Below, one piece after another: positions 1 to 8,727 of a stretch of DNA of 64,000 nt; position 1 is the stretch's first letter, and each line of letters opens with the position of its first letter. The stretch covers positions 1 through 64,000 of the forward strand of contig JBMNFY010000019.1 in NCBI GenBank assembly GCA_050949565.1. The letters run 5' to 3'. A program made the position numbers and the translations under genes. The DNA is from Kiritimatiellia bacterium (GTDB lineage Bacteria; Verrucomicrobiota; Kiritimatiellia; RFP12; UBA1067). The notes beneath the pieces were generated by a model. That model saw only the letters and a program-made list of their open reading frames with translations, did no database searches and was not told the origin of the DNA.

Positions 1-13
1 CTTCGTTCTCTGC

Positions 14-43
14 TTGACGTCGGGTTTAAGTCACTGTTACTAT
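14..43 (+). promoter_or_regulatory. putative sigma70 promoter upstream of ispD
   Basis: TTGACG-N18-TACTAT with an extended -10 TG, ~100 bp before the ATG. Confidence 0.4.
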
Positions 44-143
44 CTTACTCATTCTAGTGCAGATTTTGAGCGGACAAGGACAAGGGCGTCTTTTCCGACT
101 CAAGGGTTGAGTCTGCGAGGATACTTCTTTAAAGGAGAGACGA

Positions 144-824
144 ATGAACACTGTGATCTTGGTTGCGGCCGGCAAAAGTACGCGCATGGGATCGAATACC
201 GATAAGGCTTTTCTGAGTTTAGGATCGCGCCCCGTTATCGCTTGGTCGCTGCTGGCCTTTGAGCAGTGCACTGCGATTGACCAGATTGTGCTGGTCGTCC
301 GGAAAGATCAAATACTGGCCGCTAAGAGTGTTGCGCAGATGTTCGGGATTTCCAAGCTGCGGGAAGTCGTGGCGGGCGGGAGTCGCCGTCAAGACTCGGT
401 CGTGAACGGTATGCGGGAGATGGCACCCGAGACACGCATCGTGGTGGTGCATGACGGTGCCCGGCCGTGCGTCACGCCGGAGTTGATTGAGGCCACAATC
501 AAAACGGCCAAACGGAACGGGTGCGGTATTGCGGCCTCGCGCGTCTGGGACACGATCAAGTATGTGGAGCGCGGTTTGACGGTAGATCGAACGATAGATC
601 GTGCAAAGCTCTGGGCGGTCCAGACCCCGCAAGCGTTCAAGGTGGAGCTGTTGCAACGCGCTTATGAGGCTGTTGAGGAGCAAAAAGCTGTGATCACCGA
701 TGAAGCCAGCGCCGTTGAGTTGATCGGGGAGCCGGTTCGTCTGGTCGAGTGGTCGCGCCACAACATCAAAATCACGACCGCTGAAGATTTGCCTCTGGCA
801 GCGGCAGTGCTGAAAATTAATTGA
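144..824 (+). CDS. ispD: 2-C-methyl-D-erythritol 4-phosphate cytidylyltransferase
   Basis: AAGKSTRMG, GGSRRQDSV, VHDGARP, VQTPQAF and NIKITT motifs; GGAG RBS. Confidence 0.95.
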   Translation: MNTVILVAAGKSTRMGSNTDKAFLSLGSRPVIAWSLLAFEQCTAIDQIVLVVRKDQILAAKSVAQMFGISKLREVVAGGSRRQDSVVNGMREMAPETRIVVVHDGARPCVTPELIEATIKTAKRNGCGIAASRVWDTIKYVERGLTVDRTIDRAKLWAVQTPQAFKVELLQRAYEAVEEQKAVITDEASAVELIGEPVRLVEWSRHNIKITTAEDLPLAAAVLKIN

Positions 825-849
825 TTGCGAGGGATGAGGCTGGGGGGTT

Positions 850-1578
850 ATGGAACGAAAGTATGCTATTCTGGGGGACGTTCACGCCAATCTTGAAGCG
901 CTGAATGCTGTCATCGAAGACGCCCGTGGCCGAAGCGTTACGGATTTCGTTTCGGTCGGTGATGTGGTGGGGTATAACGCCAGCCCTTCGGAGTGCATCC
1001 GGCTGGTGCGCGAGTTAGGTTGTATCACCGTTCGCGGCAATCATGACCACTACTGCTCCTACAACGAAAGTCTGGATGACTTCCAGCCGCTGGCGGCCAG
1101 TGTGATCGCATGGACGCGGCGTCAATTGACGGAAGATGACGCCAAATGGCTGCATGACCTGCCTTACCACAAAGCCTGCGGCGGCTTTACGTTGGTGCAC
1201 AGCACACTTGATATGCCGGGACGTTGGGGGTATGTGTTCGACACGCTGGCGGCTGAAGCCAACTTCAGTTACCAGATGACCGCCCTCTGCTTTCACGGCC
1301 ATACGCATGTTCCTATGATCTACCAAAAACAGCATGAGATCACGCGCATCGAGCCCTGTAAAATGAAGATCACATTCGGCAAAAAGTATTTCATCAACGT
1401 CGGTAGTGTGGGACAACCGCGCGATGGCGATTCGCGTAGCGCGTACGTGCTGTACAGCACCAAGACCAAAGAGATCGAGTTCGTCCGCGTTCCCTACGAT
1501 GTGCAGACCGCCATGGAGAAAAACATGCGGGCCGGCCTGCCCGAACGGCTTGCGTTGCGTTTGGCGCAGGGACGGTGA
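850..1578 (+). CDS. calcineurin-like metallophosphoesterase
   Basis: GDVHAN, GDVVGY, RGNHD, GHTH and INVGSVGQPRDG motifs. Confidence 0.9.
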   Translation: MERKYAILGDVHANLEALNAVIEDARGRSVTDFVSVGDVVGYNASPSECIRLVRELGCITVRGNHDHYCSYNESLDDFQPLAASVIAWTRRQLTEDDAKWLHDLPYHKACGGFTLVHSTLDMPGRWGYVFDTLAAEANFSYQMTALCFHGHTHVPMIYQKQHEITRIEPCKMKITFGKKYFINVGSVGQPRDGDSRSAYVLYSTKTKEIEFVRVPYDVQTAMEKNMRAGLPERLALRLAQGR

Positions 1579-1666
1579 TCCCGAAAGCAGTGATTCGATT
1601 TGTCAGACCGCTCGATATCGTGTAGAATCGCGCGGTTTTTTTCGTACACCTATGGAGGTCTATCAC

Positions 1667-2380
1667 ATGAGTTGTCCGTATCCGTGCTCCCATGAAGTGG
1701 AGCAGATGTGCTGTGTGGCGAAGGGTCCCAAGCACGGTCCGGCACCGATTCCCGAAGAGGGCAAATGGGTGCAGGTCAAAGAAGTCAAAGACATTTCCGG
1801 TCTGACGCACGGCGTGGGTTGGTGCGCACCGCAGCAGGGTGCCTGCAAGCTGACGCTGAACATCAAAGATGGCATTATTCAGGAAGCGCTGATCGAAACG
1901 CTCGGCTGCTCGGGGATGACCCACTCGGCAGCGATGGCCGCTGAGATTCTGCCGGGCAAGACGGTGCTCGAAGCGCTCAACACGGATCTCGTGTGCGATG
2001 CGATCAACACAGCCATGCGTGAACTTTTCCTCCAGATCGTGTACGGCCGTAGTCAGAGCGCATTCTCTGAGGGCGGCCTGCCGATCGGCTCCGGCCTTGA
2101 AGATCTGGGCAAGGGCCTGCGCAGCCAGATCGGTACGATGTACAGCACCAAGCAGAAGGGCGCGCGTTATCTCGAGATAGCGGAGGGCTATGTGAGCCGT
2201 CTGGCGCTCGACGAAAACAACGAAGTGATCGGGTACGAGTTTGTCCGCATAGGGCCGTTCATGGAGCTGCTCAAGAAGGGCGAAGACCCAAAGAAAGCGC
2301 TGGAAAAATGCACCGGCACCTACGGCCGGTTCTCGAAAGAGATGGGCGCCGTTAAATTCATCGACCCGCGTCACGAGTAG
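1667..2380 (+). CDS. NifU/IscU-like Fe-S scaffold-type protein (GGGtGRT partner)
   Basis: Conserved Cys motifs GWCAPQQGACK, GCSGMTHS and LVCDAIN; GGAGG RBS at 1654-1658 places the start at 1667 rather than 1406. Confidence 0.8.
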   Translation: MSCPYPCSHEVEQMCCVAKGPKHGPAPIPEEGKWVQVKEVKDISGLTHGVGWCAPQQGACKLTLNIKDGIIQEALIETLGCSGMTHSAAMAAEILPGKTVLEALNTDLVCDAINTAMRELFLQIVYGRSQSAFSEGGLPIGSGLEDLGKGLRSQIGTMYSTKQKGARYLEIAEGYVSRLALDENNEVIGYEFVRIGPFMELLKKGEDPKKALEKCTGTYGRFSKEMGAVKFIDPRHE

Positions 2381-2398
2381 TTGAAAGGAGTTTTTCTT

Positions 2399-3403
2399 AT
2401 GGCAGCACTGTTCGAAAGTTATGCGCGGCGCATCAAGCAGATTGAGGCCGTGTGCAAGAAGTATGGGATCAAGGATCTCCAAGAGGCGCGCAAACTGTGC
2501 GTAGCTCAGGGTTTTGACCCCTACGAAATCTGTACCTCGATCCAGAATATCTGCTTCGAGAACGCGAAGTGGGCCTATGTGTTGGGCGCGGCGATCGCGT
2601 TGAAAAAGGGATGTGTCAAGGCGGCTGAAGCGGCCGAGGCCATCGGCGAGGGACTCCAAGCCTTCTGCATCCCCGGTTCGGTGGCGGATGACCGCAAGGT
2701 CGGTATCGGGCACGGCAATCTGGCCGCGATGCTGTTGCGTGAAGAAACCCGCTGCTTCTGCTTCCTCGCAGGGCACGAGTCGTTCGCGGCAGCCGAAGGC
2801 GCGATCGGTATCGCCCTCAAGGCCAACAAGGTCCGCACCGCCCCGTTGCAGGTGATCCTCAACGGTTTGGGCAAAGACGCGGCCTACATCATCAGCCGCA
2901 TCAACGGCTTCACCCATTGCGAAACGAAGTTCGACTACGCGACCGGCAAACTGAAGGTCACGAAGACGACCCCGTTCTCCGACGGGCCCCGCGCGGACGT
3001 CCGTTGCTACGGCGCGGATGATGTGCGCGAAGGTGTGGCGATCATGTGGAAAGAGAAGGTGGATGTCTCTATCACCGGCAACTCCACCAACCCCACGCGC
3101 TTCCAGCACCCGGTCGCAGGTACCTACAAGAAAGAGTGCATCGAGAAGGGCAAGAAGTACTTCTCAGTCGCTTCCGGCGGCGGCACGGGCCGCACGCTGC
3201 ATCCCGACAACATGGCGGCGGGGCCGGCTTCGTACGGCATGACCGACACCATGGGCCGCATGCACTCCGACGCGCAGTTCGCGGGCTCCTCCTCGGTGCC
3301 GGCGCACGTTGAGATGATGGGCTTCCTCGGTATGGGTAACAACCCGATGGTCGGCGCAACCGTCGCAGTGGCCGTCTCGGTCGAGATGTCCCACAAGAAG
3401 TAG
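2399..3403 (+). CDS. GGGtGRT family protein (function unknown)
   Basis: Signature SGGGTGRTLHPDN; AAGGAG RBS before ATG 2399. Confidence 0.9.
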   Translation: MAALFESYARRIKQIEAVCKKYGIKDLQEARKLCVAQGFDPYEICTSIQNICFENAKWAYVLGAAIALKKGCVKAAEAAEAIGEGLQAFCIPGSVADDRKVGIGHGNLAAMLLREETRCFCFLAGHESFAAAEGAIGIALKANKVRTAPLQVILNGLGKDAAYIISRINGFTHCETKFDYATGKLKVTKTTPFSDGPRADVRCYGADDVREGVAIMWKEKVDVSITGNSTNPTRFQHPVAGTYKKECIEKGKKYFSVASGGGTGRTLHPDNMAAGPASYGMTDTMGRMHSDAQFAGSSSVPAHVEMMGFLGMGNNPMVGATVAVAVSVEMSHKK

Positions 3404-3413
3404 GGGTACGCGT

Positions 3414-3524
3414 TTTGGAGTGCGGTGACAAGAGCCGCGCTGTACGCGGGTCGCGGCACCGCTTTCCGGCCCGTCTACGCCAAAGCGGCGTCGTGAGGAA
3501 TACCGCTTGCCGCCGCACTCCAAA
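3414..3524. repeat. REP/REPIN-like palindromic intergenic element, copy 1
   Basis: Terminal IR TTTGGAGTGCGG...CCGCACTCCAAA and internal CCGCTTT/AAAGCGG arms; homologous copy at 31207-31335; lies between convergent genes. Confidence 0.8.
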
Positions 3525-3540
3525 TCTATTCGCTTGAGCT

Positions 3541-3571
3541 CCTAAATCCTAAATCCCAAATCCTAAATCCT
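3541..3571. repeat. heptamer tandem repeat (CCTAAAT)x4
   Basis: cctaaat cctaaat cccaaat cctaaat cct; overlaps the PqqD stop codon. Confidence 0.8.
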
Positions 3572-3838
3572 ACTCGCCAAGCCCCGCTCAACGAGATGCG
3601 CGAGAAAACGGTCAATCTCCGCACGCGCTGTCTCGTCGTCGACCTCGTACTCCTCCAGCATCGCCTCAAGCAGTTCGGCTTTCGTGACCGGTCGCTCCAA
3701 CTGCTGCCAAAACCAGAGGCCCATGTCGTTCAGGCTGAACATTTTGGACTCGCCAACATGTAACACGATGAGGAAATGTTCACCCACGATCTCCCTCAAC
3801 TCGATATCCTTCGCCCGTGTAAAACGTGTGTCATCCAT
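3563..3838 (-). CDS. stand-alone PqqD/RRE-family protein
   Basis: 91 aa with LREIVGE..LIV, SLNDMGLWFWQQL and EYEVDDETARAEIDRFLAHLVERGL, typical of the PqqD fold. Confidence 0.85.
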   Translation of the reverse strand: MDDTRFTRAKDIELREIVGEHFLIVLHVGESKMFSLNDMGLWFWQQLERPVTKAELLEAMLEEYEVDDETARAEIDRFLAHLVERGLASRI

Positions 3839-3849
3839 ACTGATACTCC

Positions 3850-6591
3850 TTAGTGTTCTGCAACCGGTTTGTAAAAGCGACGCCGTGCATTCTTGTCGAA
3901 CGGCACCTCAATCTGCTTAAGCGGCCAATCACCAGGGATGGGCTCGGTCGACCATGTCTCCCCCCCTACCGGCCGCCACGGGAGCGGCACCCACGACGTA
4001 CTTCTCAGATCATCTGTCGTCATCACCCTGAATGCAATACCAGCCAGCGTTTCGACATTCAGCGCGAGGCCCGGTGCGGCAGAATCCGGCACTACAGCCA
4101 GCGGATCGTAGGTTCCGGCCTGCGGCAACACCAATCGGCTGATCCGCATCCCGCCCACAAGCGCCCCGGTGCCGGCCAGCGCCTCGATCCACGTTGCAAA
4201 CCCGTCACCGTCTTGATCAAGAAGATCTGCGTAAGGGTCCCCCCCCAACCCCTGCGCCAGCAACCAATCGCTCGACGTTCCGCGCGCGGTTTGGTCAGGC
4301 CGTATGTTGAGCGATGGGTCACCCAAGAACACCATGTGCCGCAGGGAGAGTGCGTGGCTACCTCCCAGCGCGGCAAAAGTTCCGCACCAGACATCTCCCA
4401 GACGACGCGCACCGGTCGCCACCTGAGCACCAAAGGCCTGTGAGTAAAGCTTAGCCTGATCCGGCATCGTATAGCCAGCCGTGCTGATGACAGCCGCGAA
4501 ACCCGACACCGGATTCCTGACACCCGCCTCGGCGATCGCCTGTTGCTCTTGCCTCAGATCAAGTAGCGTCCAACGCCCCATGCGGCACCCCATCAGTAGC
4601 GCCACGGGCGCGAACGGCCATGTGGCGGTTCGGAGCATCGGGGCATCAAACAGCTTGCCGTCCCTTGTGTAGCCTGCAATGGTGTCACTGGAATGACCGA
4701 CGAAATAGTAGAAGCCGGCCCCCTCCTGCAACTCATATGAAACACCCGTTTCATGATACGTGTCACGCCACAACGGCGCCAGACGGCTCTGGTCCGGTGC
4801 GGGATAAAAGGTTTCGAGCCACCACCCCACGCTCGGGAAAGAGACGGCGGTAGATTCGGCAAACCCGGTGAAGTTCACGTATTTTGAACCCGTGTTCTGC
4901 CAATCGCAAGAGAACACCGCCTTACGCTTCCACGTCTCGGTCAACTCATACCGGATGGTCTTCTCCACCATGCGCGTCAGTTCCAGCGCGTTCGTCGCCA
5001 AAAAACGCCCGACCGCCACCTCCGGCACCGCGTCCCCCTGCACATCACCCAATACCGGATCATTCGGCAACAACAACGCGCCGTTTGCCGCCGCGTCCAC
5101 CTGCGACACCAAATACAGCGGAAACAAGGCTGGGTAGGCCCCCGCCTTGCCAGGCGGGAACACCTCCAATTTGTAATCGCTTCCGCCATGCCCGGCAAAC
5201 AGCAGATAGCGCAGCACCTGACCGCCCGCCTGCGCCACACCCGCCGCACTAAAGCGGCGGAAGGCCTCCGGATGCACCAAGCCGTCCGTGAAGGCGTTGT
5301 AGAGATCTTCCGCGTCGATCACCCGCGCGCGCAACCCCTGCGCCTCGCGAAACTCGGCCAGCGGTGCCGCCGCTTCCGCGAACCCCGGCCACCACCGGCG
5401 CGGCGGTGTCACGATCGCCAACTCGGGCATTTCGTCCGGGGCACTCCAGTCGATCACACGCGCACCACTGACGGACGGTTCAAAAGCGCCCTGCGACCGA
5501 TCGAAAACCACATAGCGCGCCGTCGCCCCGCCACATGCAAACAGCGCCTGCCAGCCCCCCTCCCCGTCCGGCACCACGCACACATCGGACAACGCTACCG
5601 GTTGAGCCGCGTCCGTCACCTCCCACACCGCCAGATTCTGTGTCGTGAAACCACCCGCCGCAATCACCGGGCCCTCCCCGCCCGTGCACTGCAGCATGCC
5701 CTCCTGCGCCGTGTAATATCTCGGGTAGTGCACTGTCGCGGCCAGCAACATAAAATCGTTAACGACCTGCGTACCGCCCGCATTTTGAACAGTCAACTCA
5801 ATCGTCCCGTTCGTCACCGTGCCCGCCGGCACAACATAGTCAAACGTCACCGCTTGCTCACCCGACCACCCTTGTGAACCGCCGCTCACCCCATTCACGC
5901 AAACTTCGCACAGATGTTCATCCGGCGTGGGGAAATCGTGGTATGACGCCAGTTCGACTCGCACGGTAACGCCCGTCACCGCCTCGGCGCACCATTCCGG
6001 TAGCACCACTGCCCGGGTTTGCGTACGTGCCGCTGCATACGTGGACCCGATCCACTCGCCAAAATTCAGTACATTGGTGAGCGTACCCACTGAACTGCGC
6101 CGGTCACGCGGCTCATAAGGCGCCAGAAAGGCTGCGCGGCAGGGCCTGTCAGACATGAACCAAAGATTGGTCGCGCCGCTTCCCGGCGCGGCCGCTTCTT
6201 GCGGCATCACCGCCCCATCCTCCAACGTCAGCCAATAGACATTTTCCGGTGCGTAAAGCTCGCTTGTCGGCTGGCCGTAAAAAAACAGGGCATCCCCCTC
6301 CGTGCGCCACGTCACCGCCGCACCGCCGCATGCGAGCGCCACCCCGCCCTGCGCCATCGCCGCACGCACGGTGTCCGCATCCCAGCCTGAGACCAGCGCC
6401 ACCTCGTCGGCGGTCACGCGGTAAACCCCTGCGTCGCGCACACCGATCCGCACACGATCCGCCCCCTCAACCGACGTCCAAGGCACCACGCGCGGCGCTA
6501 CGCCGATCCAGTGCTGCGCACCCAAGGCCAGCATCGGCCAGCACACGGCCAACGCCCAGCGCACACGTCCATTGGATGTTCTTCCTGTCAC
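3850..6591 (-). CDS. secreted C25 (gingipain/PorU-like) cysteine peptidase
   Basis: Signal peptide; VRIGVRDAGVYRVT N-domain; YLLFAG and PEVAVGRF; catalytic FVGHS and LLMGC; FLGDPSL; DQDGDG motif; C-terminal RRFYK. Confidence 0.85.
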   Translation of the reverse strand: MTGRTSNGRVRWALAVCWPMLALGAQHWIGVAPRVVPWTSVEGADRVRIGVRDAGVYRVTADEVALVSGWDADTVRAAMAQGGVALACGGAAVTWRTEGDALFFYGQPTSELYAPENVYWLTLEDGAVMPQEAAAPGSGATNLWFMSDRPCRAAFLAPYEPRDRRSSVGTLTNVLNFGEWIGSTYAAARTQTRAVVLPEWCAEAVTGVTVRVELASYHDFPTPDEHLCEVCVNGVSGGSQGWSGEQAVTFDYVVPAGTVTNGTIELTVQNAGGTQVVNDFMLLAATVHYPRYYTAQEGMLQCTGGEGPVIAAGGFTTQNLAVWEVTDAAQPVALSDVCVVPDGEGGWQALFACGGATARYVVFDRSQGAFEPSVSGARVIDWSAPDEMPELAIVTPPRRWWPGFAEAAAPLAEFREAQGLRARVIDAEDLYNAFTDGLVHPEAFRRFSAAGVAQAGGQVLRYLLFAGHGGSDYKLEVFPPGKAGAYPALFPLYLVSQVDAAANGALLLPNDPVLGDVQGDAVPEVAVGRFLATNALELTRMVEKTIRYELTETWKRKAVFSCDWQNTGSKYVNFTGFAESTAVSFPSVGWWLETFYPAPDQSRLAPLWRDTYHETGVSYELQEGAGFYYFVGHSSDTIAGYTRDGKLFDAPMLRTATWPFAPVALLMGCRMGRWTLLDLRQEQQAIAEAGVRNPVSGFAAVISTAGYTMPDQAKLYSQAFGAQVATGARRLGDVWCGTFAALGGSHALSLRHMVFLGDPSLNIRPDQTARGTSSDWLLAQGLGGDPYADLLDQDGDGFATWIEALAGTGALVGGMRISRLVLPQAGTYDPLAVVPDSAAPGLALNVETLAGIAFRVMTTDDLRSTSWVPLPWRPVGGETWSTEPIPGDWPLKQIEVPFDKNARRRFYKPVAEH

Positions 6592-6649
6592 ACGTTATAT
6601 TTAACCACACCGTTACCAACGAAGGGAACACAATATTGGTTTTTGATAT

Positions 6650-7642
6650 TCACTGCTTTCTTTTTCGGAGACCACGCCACAGGAGAAGGGCAACGAAGAT
6701 ACCCGCGCCGACACCGACAGCGAGCGGGACAATTGATCGCTTTTGCGCCGGTGGTGGAACATCGGGCGTTTCCGCGATATGAGGGGCTTCGGTTTTTTCT
6801 GGCACGTTGTTGGTGGGCGGGGGTGGCTCGGTCATGGCGGGTTCATGGGTGAAGGCGGGCGGGGGTGGAGGGAAGTCCGGCATGACAAGCCCGTATTTGG
6901 AGGGATCGACGCTGCAGACGGGCTTTCCGTCCGCGTCGAACGAGACGGCCATCGTCACCAGTTCGGGCGGGAGGTTGGTCGCGTCTCCGTATTTCGCGAG
7001 GGCCTGTTTCAGCAGGTCGTAGACATAGACGGCCTGCGGGCCGGTGTTCGCCACGGAAGGCAGAAAAGGCGGCTCGTTGGTCGACCAGCAATATAATCGC
7101 GTCTTCGAAAGATTTAGCACATTCGTGCCTGAGGCGCGCGCTTTCAGGATTCGGAGACTTTCCAACCCCGCATTCTTTGCAAAATCCAGCTTGGAAGGAA
7201 GTTCCGCGTATTTCTCAAGCAGAGGGAGATCGCTAGCATCCCCTTTTTGCGAGAGATACAACAGGCTGTAATCTACAAACCGCCAATCGGGATTGCCACT
7301 CTTTGATACGAGGAACTCCCTCGTCAGCCGTATGATGTCAGCGTCCCCGGGCGAACACATGTTGACACCATCAATTCTACAGATTAACTCCGTCAGAGTA
7401 GAATAGGTGTAGTTGTCATAAGGTCTGCCTTCCTGCAATATCTTTTTGTATGCCGGAAAATCGTGATATCCGGTGGCCGCCTGGTCTGCCAACCACTGTG
7501 CAGCGGGGATCTCATCAATTGATGCAGTCCATAATCGCACAACCCGCGCCATTGACTCGTCCTCAGGCAAGACATTGATCTCTCCAAAAGTCGGGAAGAG
7601 TGCCCAGAATGCGAATATTGACATAAGCCGTGTTTTTTTCAT
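6650..7642 (-). CDS. secreted, C-terminally anchored hypothetical protein; candidate immunity partner of the zincin tip
   Basis: AGGAGG RBS; signal-like MKKTRLMSIFAFWALF; Pro-rich linker; C-terminal TM plus RKRK; ATG overlaps the stop of the HExxH ORF. Confidence 0.65.
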   Translation of the reverse strand: MKKTRLMSIFAFWALFPTFGEINVLPEDESMARVVRLWTASIDEIPAAQWLADQAATGYHDFPAYKKILQEGRPYDNYTYSTLTELICRIDGVNMCSPGDADIIRLTREFLVSKSGNPDWRFVDYSLLYLSQKGDASDLPLLEKYAELPSKLDFAKNAGLESLRILKARASGTNVLNLSKTRLYCWSTNEPPFLPSVANTGPQAVYVYDLLKQALAKYGDATNLPPELVTMAVSFDADGKPVCSVDPSKYGLVMPDFPPPPPAFTHEPAMTEPPPPTNNVPEKTEAPHIAETPDVPPPAQKRSIVPLAVGVGAGIFVALLLWRGLRKRKQ

Positions 7643-8710
7643 TGTACATGTCCTCCTGATCGTAGAGTTGGAATTTGCTCGACATACAATCGTTTGGAAG
7701 CGCTCACATCCATGAAGGGGGAGGCTGTTGAAAACATGAGATTGCATTTATCTGATACGTGGGCGTAAATGCCGAGCGCATGACACAGTTCGTGCGCGGA
7801 AACGAACGGCGCTATCTGGCTGGCCGAAATGAGGCAGTGGTCCGTATACGGGGCATCCAAAGGATCTGTATACCAATAGGATGCGGTTGTGTGCCCCGCG
7901 ACTTCGGCTGCCGGCGTGCTCTCTTATGCCGGGCACAAAGATCAGGCAGCGGTTGCTGGCGCCGTTCGTGACTGAGGCCAGAGCGCTTCGTGAACGACCG
8001 ACACCGGGCGATCTGCGTGAGAGAGCTGGAACTTCCAGATTGTTCGTCGACGCAACATGCCAGTTATCGACATCCACCTGCGGCGGCGCGTCGAAGTACA
8101 CAAGCGAGCCCATCTCCACGGTGATGTTGGCCTGTGCGAACCTCTCCTTGGCCGAGCGTGACCTGTGCACGAGCGCGGACAGCGTGTCGATGCAGGCGAC
8201 GCCGTTGGTGCGCATGATCGCCACATCGACGCCCACGGACTTGACGTCCACGCCGACCGGAGCGCTGAACACGTTGGTCTGCCCCCACCCGTCGACGTAT
8301 GACCCGCACACGCTGCTCAAGAGTTGCGACAGGAAGAGGCGGTTGGTCGAGTCCGGCGCGACACCGTACACGGTCGTGTCGAAGTGCGCGTCATCCCAGT
8401 CCGAGACCAGCAGCAGGTTCGTGGACGCGAAGACGCCCGGCGAGACGCGGGGCAGCGTCATCACGCGCGATGCCGCGTCATACGCGGAATCGCCCGGATG
8501 CTCAGTCCAAAGGACGACCTCAACCGACTCGGCATCCGCGCGGCGCTCGTCGGTCACGCGGACGCGGAAGCGGTCCGCGTCCGCGCTTATGAACTCGCTC
8601 TGACGGAACACGGCGTTGGTCACGATATAACTGCCCGCCTGGACATACCCGTTGGAAAACGCGCTTTCCCATTTCGCGACTTGCAGGCTATTTGTGACGA
8701 CCGTAGTCAT
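7639..8710 (-). pseudogene. orphan C-terminal cassette with a zincin-like metallopeptidase motif (frameshifted)
   Basis: ORFs 7748-8710 and 7639-7860 overlap in different frames; the distal part has AHELCHALGIYAH plus a Met-turn-like NLM; no signal peptide. Confidence 0.6.
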
Positions 8711-8727
8711 GCTCTTTGGGGTTTAAT

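Noticed and set aside
1394-3109. Long antisense ORFs (also 31596-32975, 57028-58458 and others)
   Set aside because: Shadow ORFs opposite well-recognised genes in high-GC DNA, with no motifs.
3541-3571. Short tandem repeats (also 49969-50018 and 63094-63117) as a CRISPR array
   Set aside because: Units are 7-9 bp with no unique spacers, and no cas genes are present.
3563-3838. PqqD as evidence for a PQQ or lasso-peptide cluster
   Set aside because: No pqqB/C/E, cyclase, B2 protease or precursor ORF is nearby.
7721-7735. GAGGCTGTTGAAAAC resembling the IS terminal repeat
   Set aside because: No partner repeat or TSD was found, and it lies within the coding frame after the HExxH motif; probably chance.
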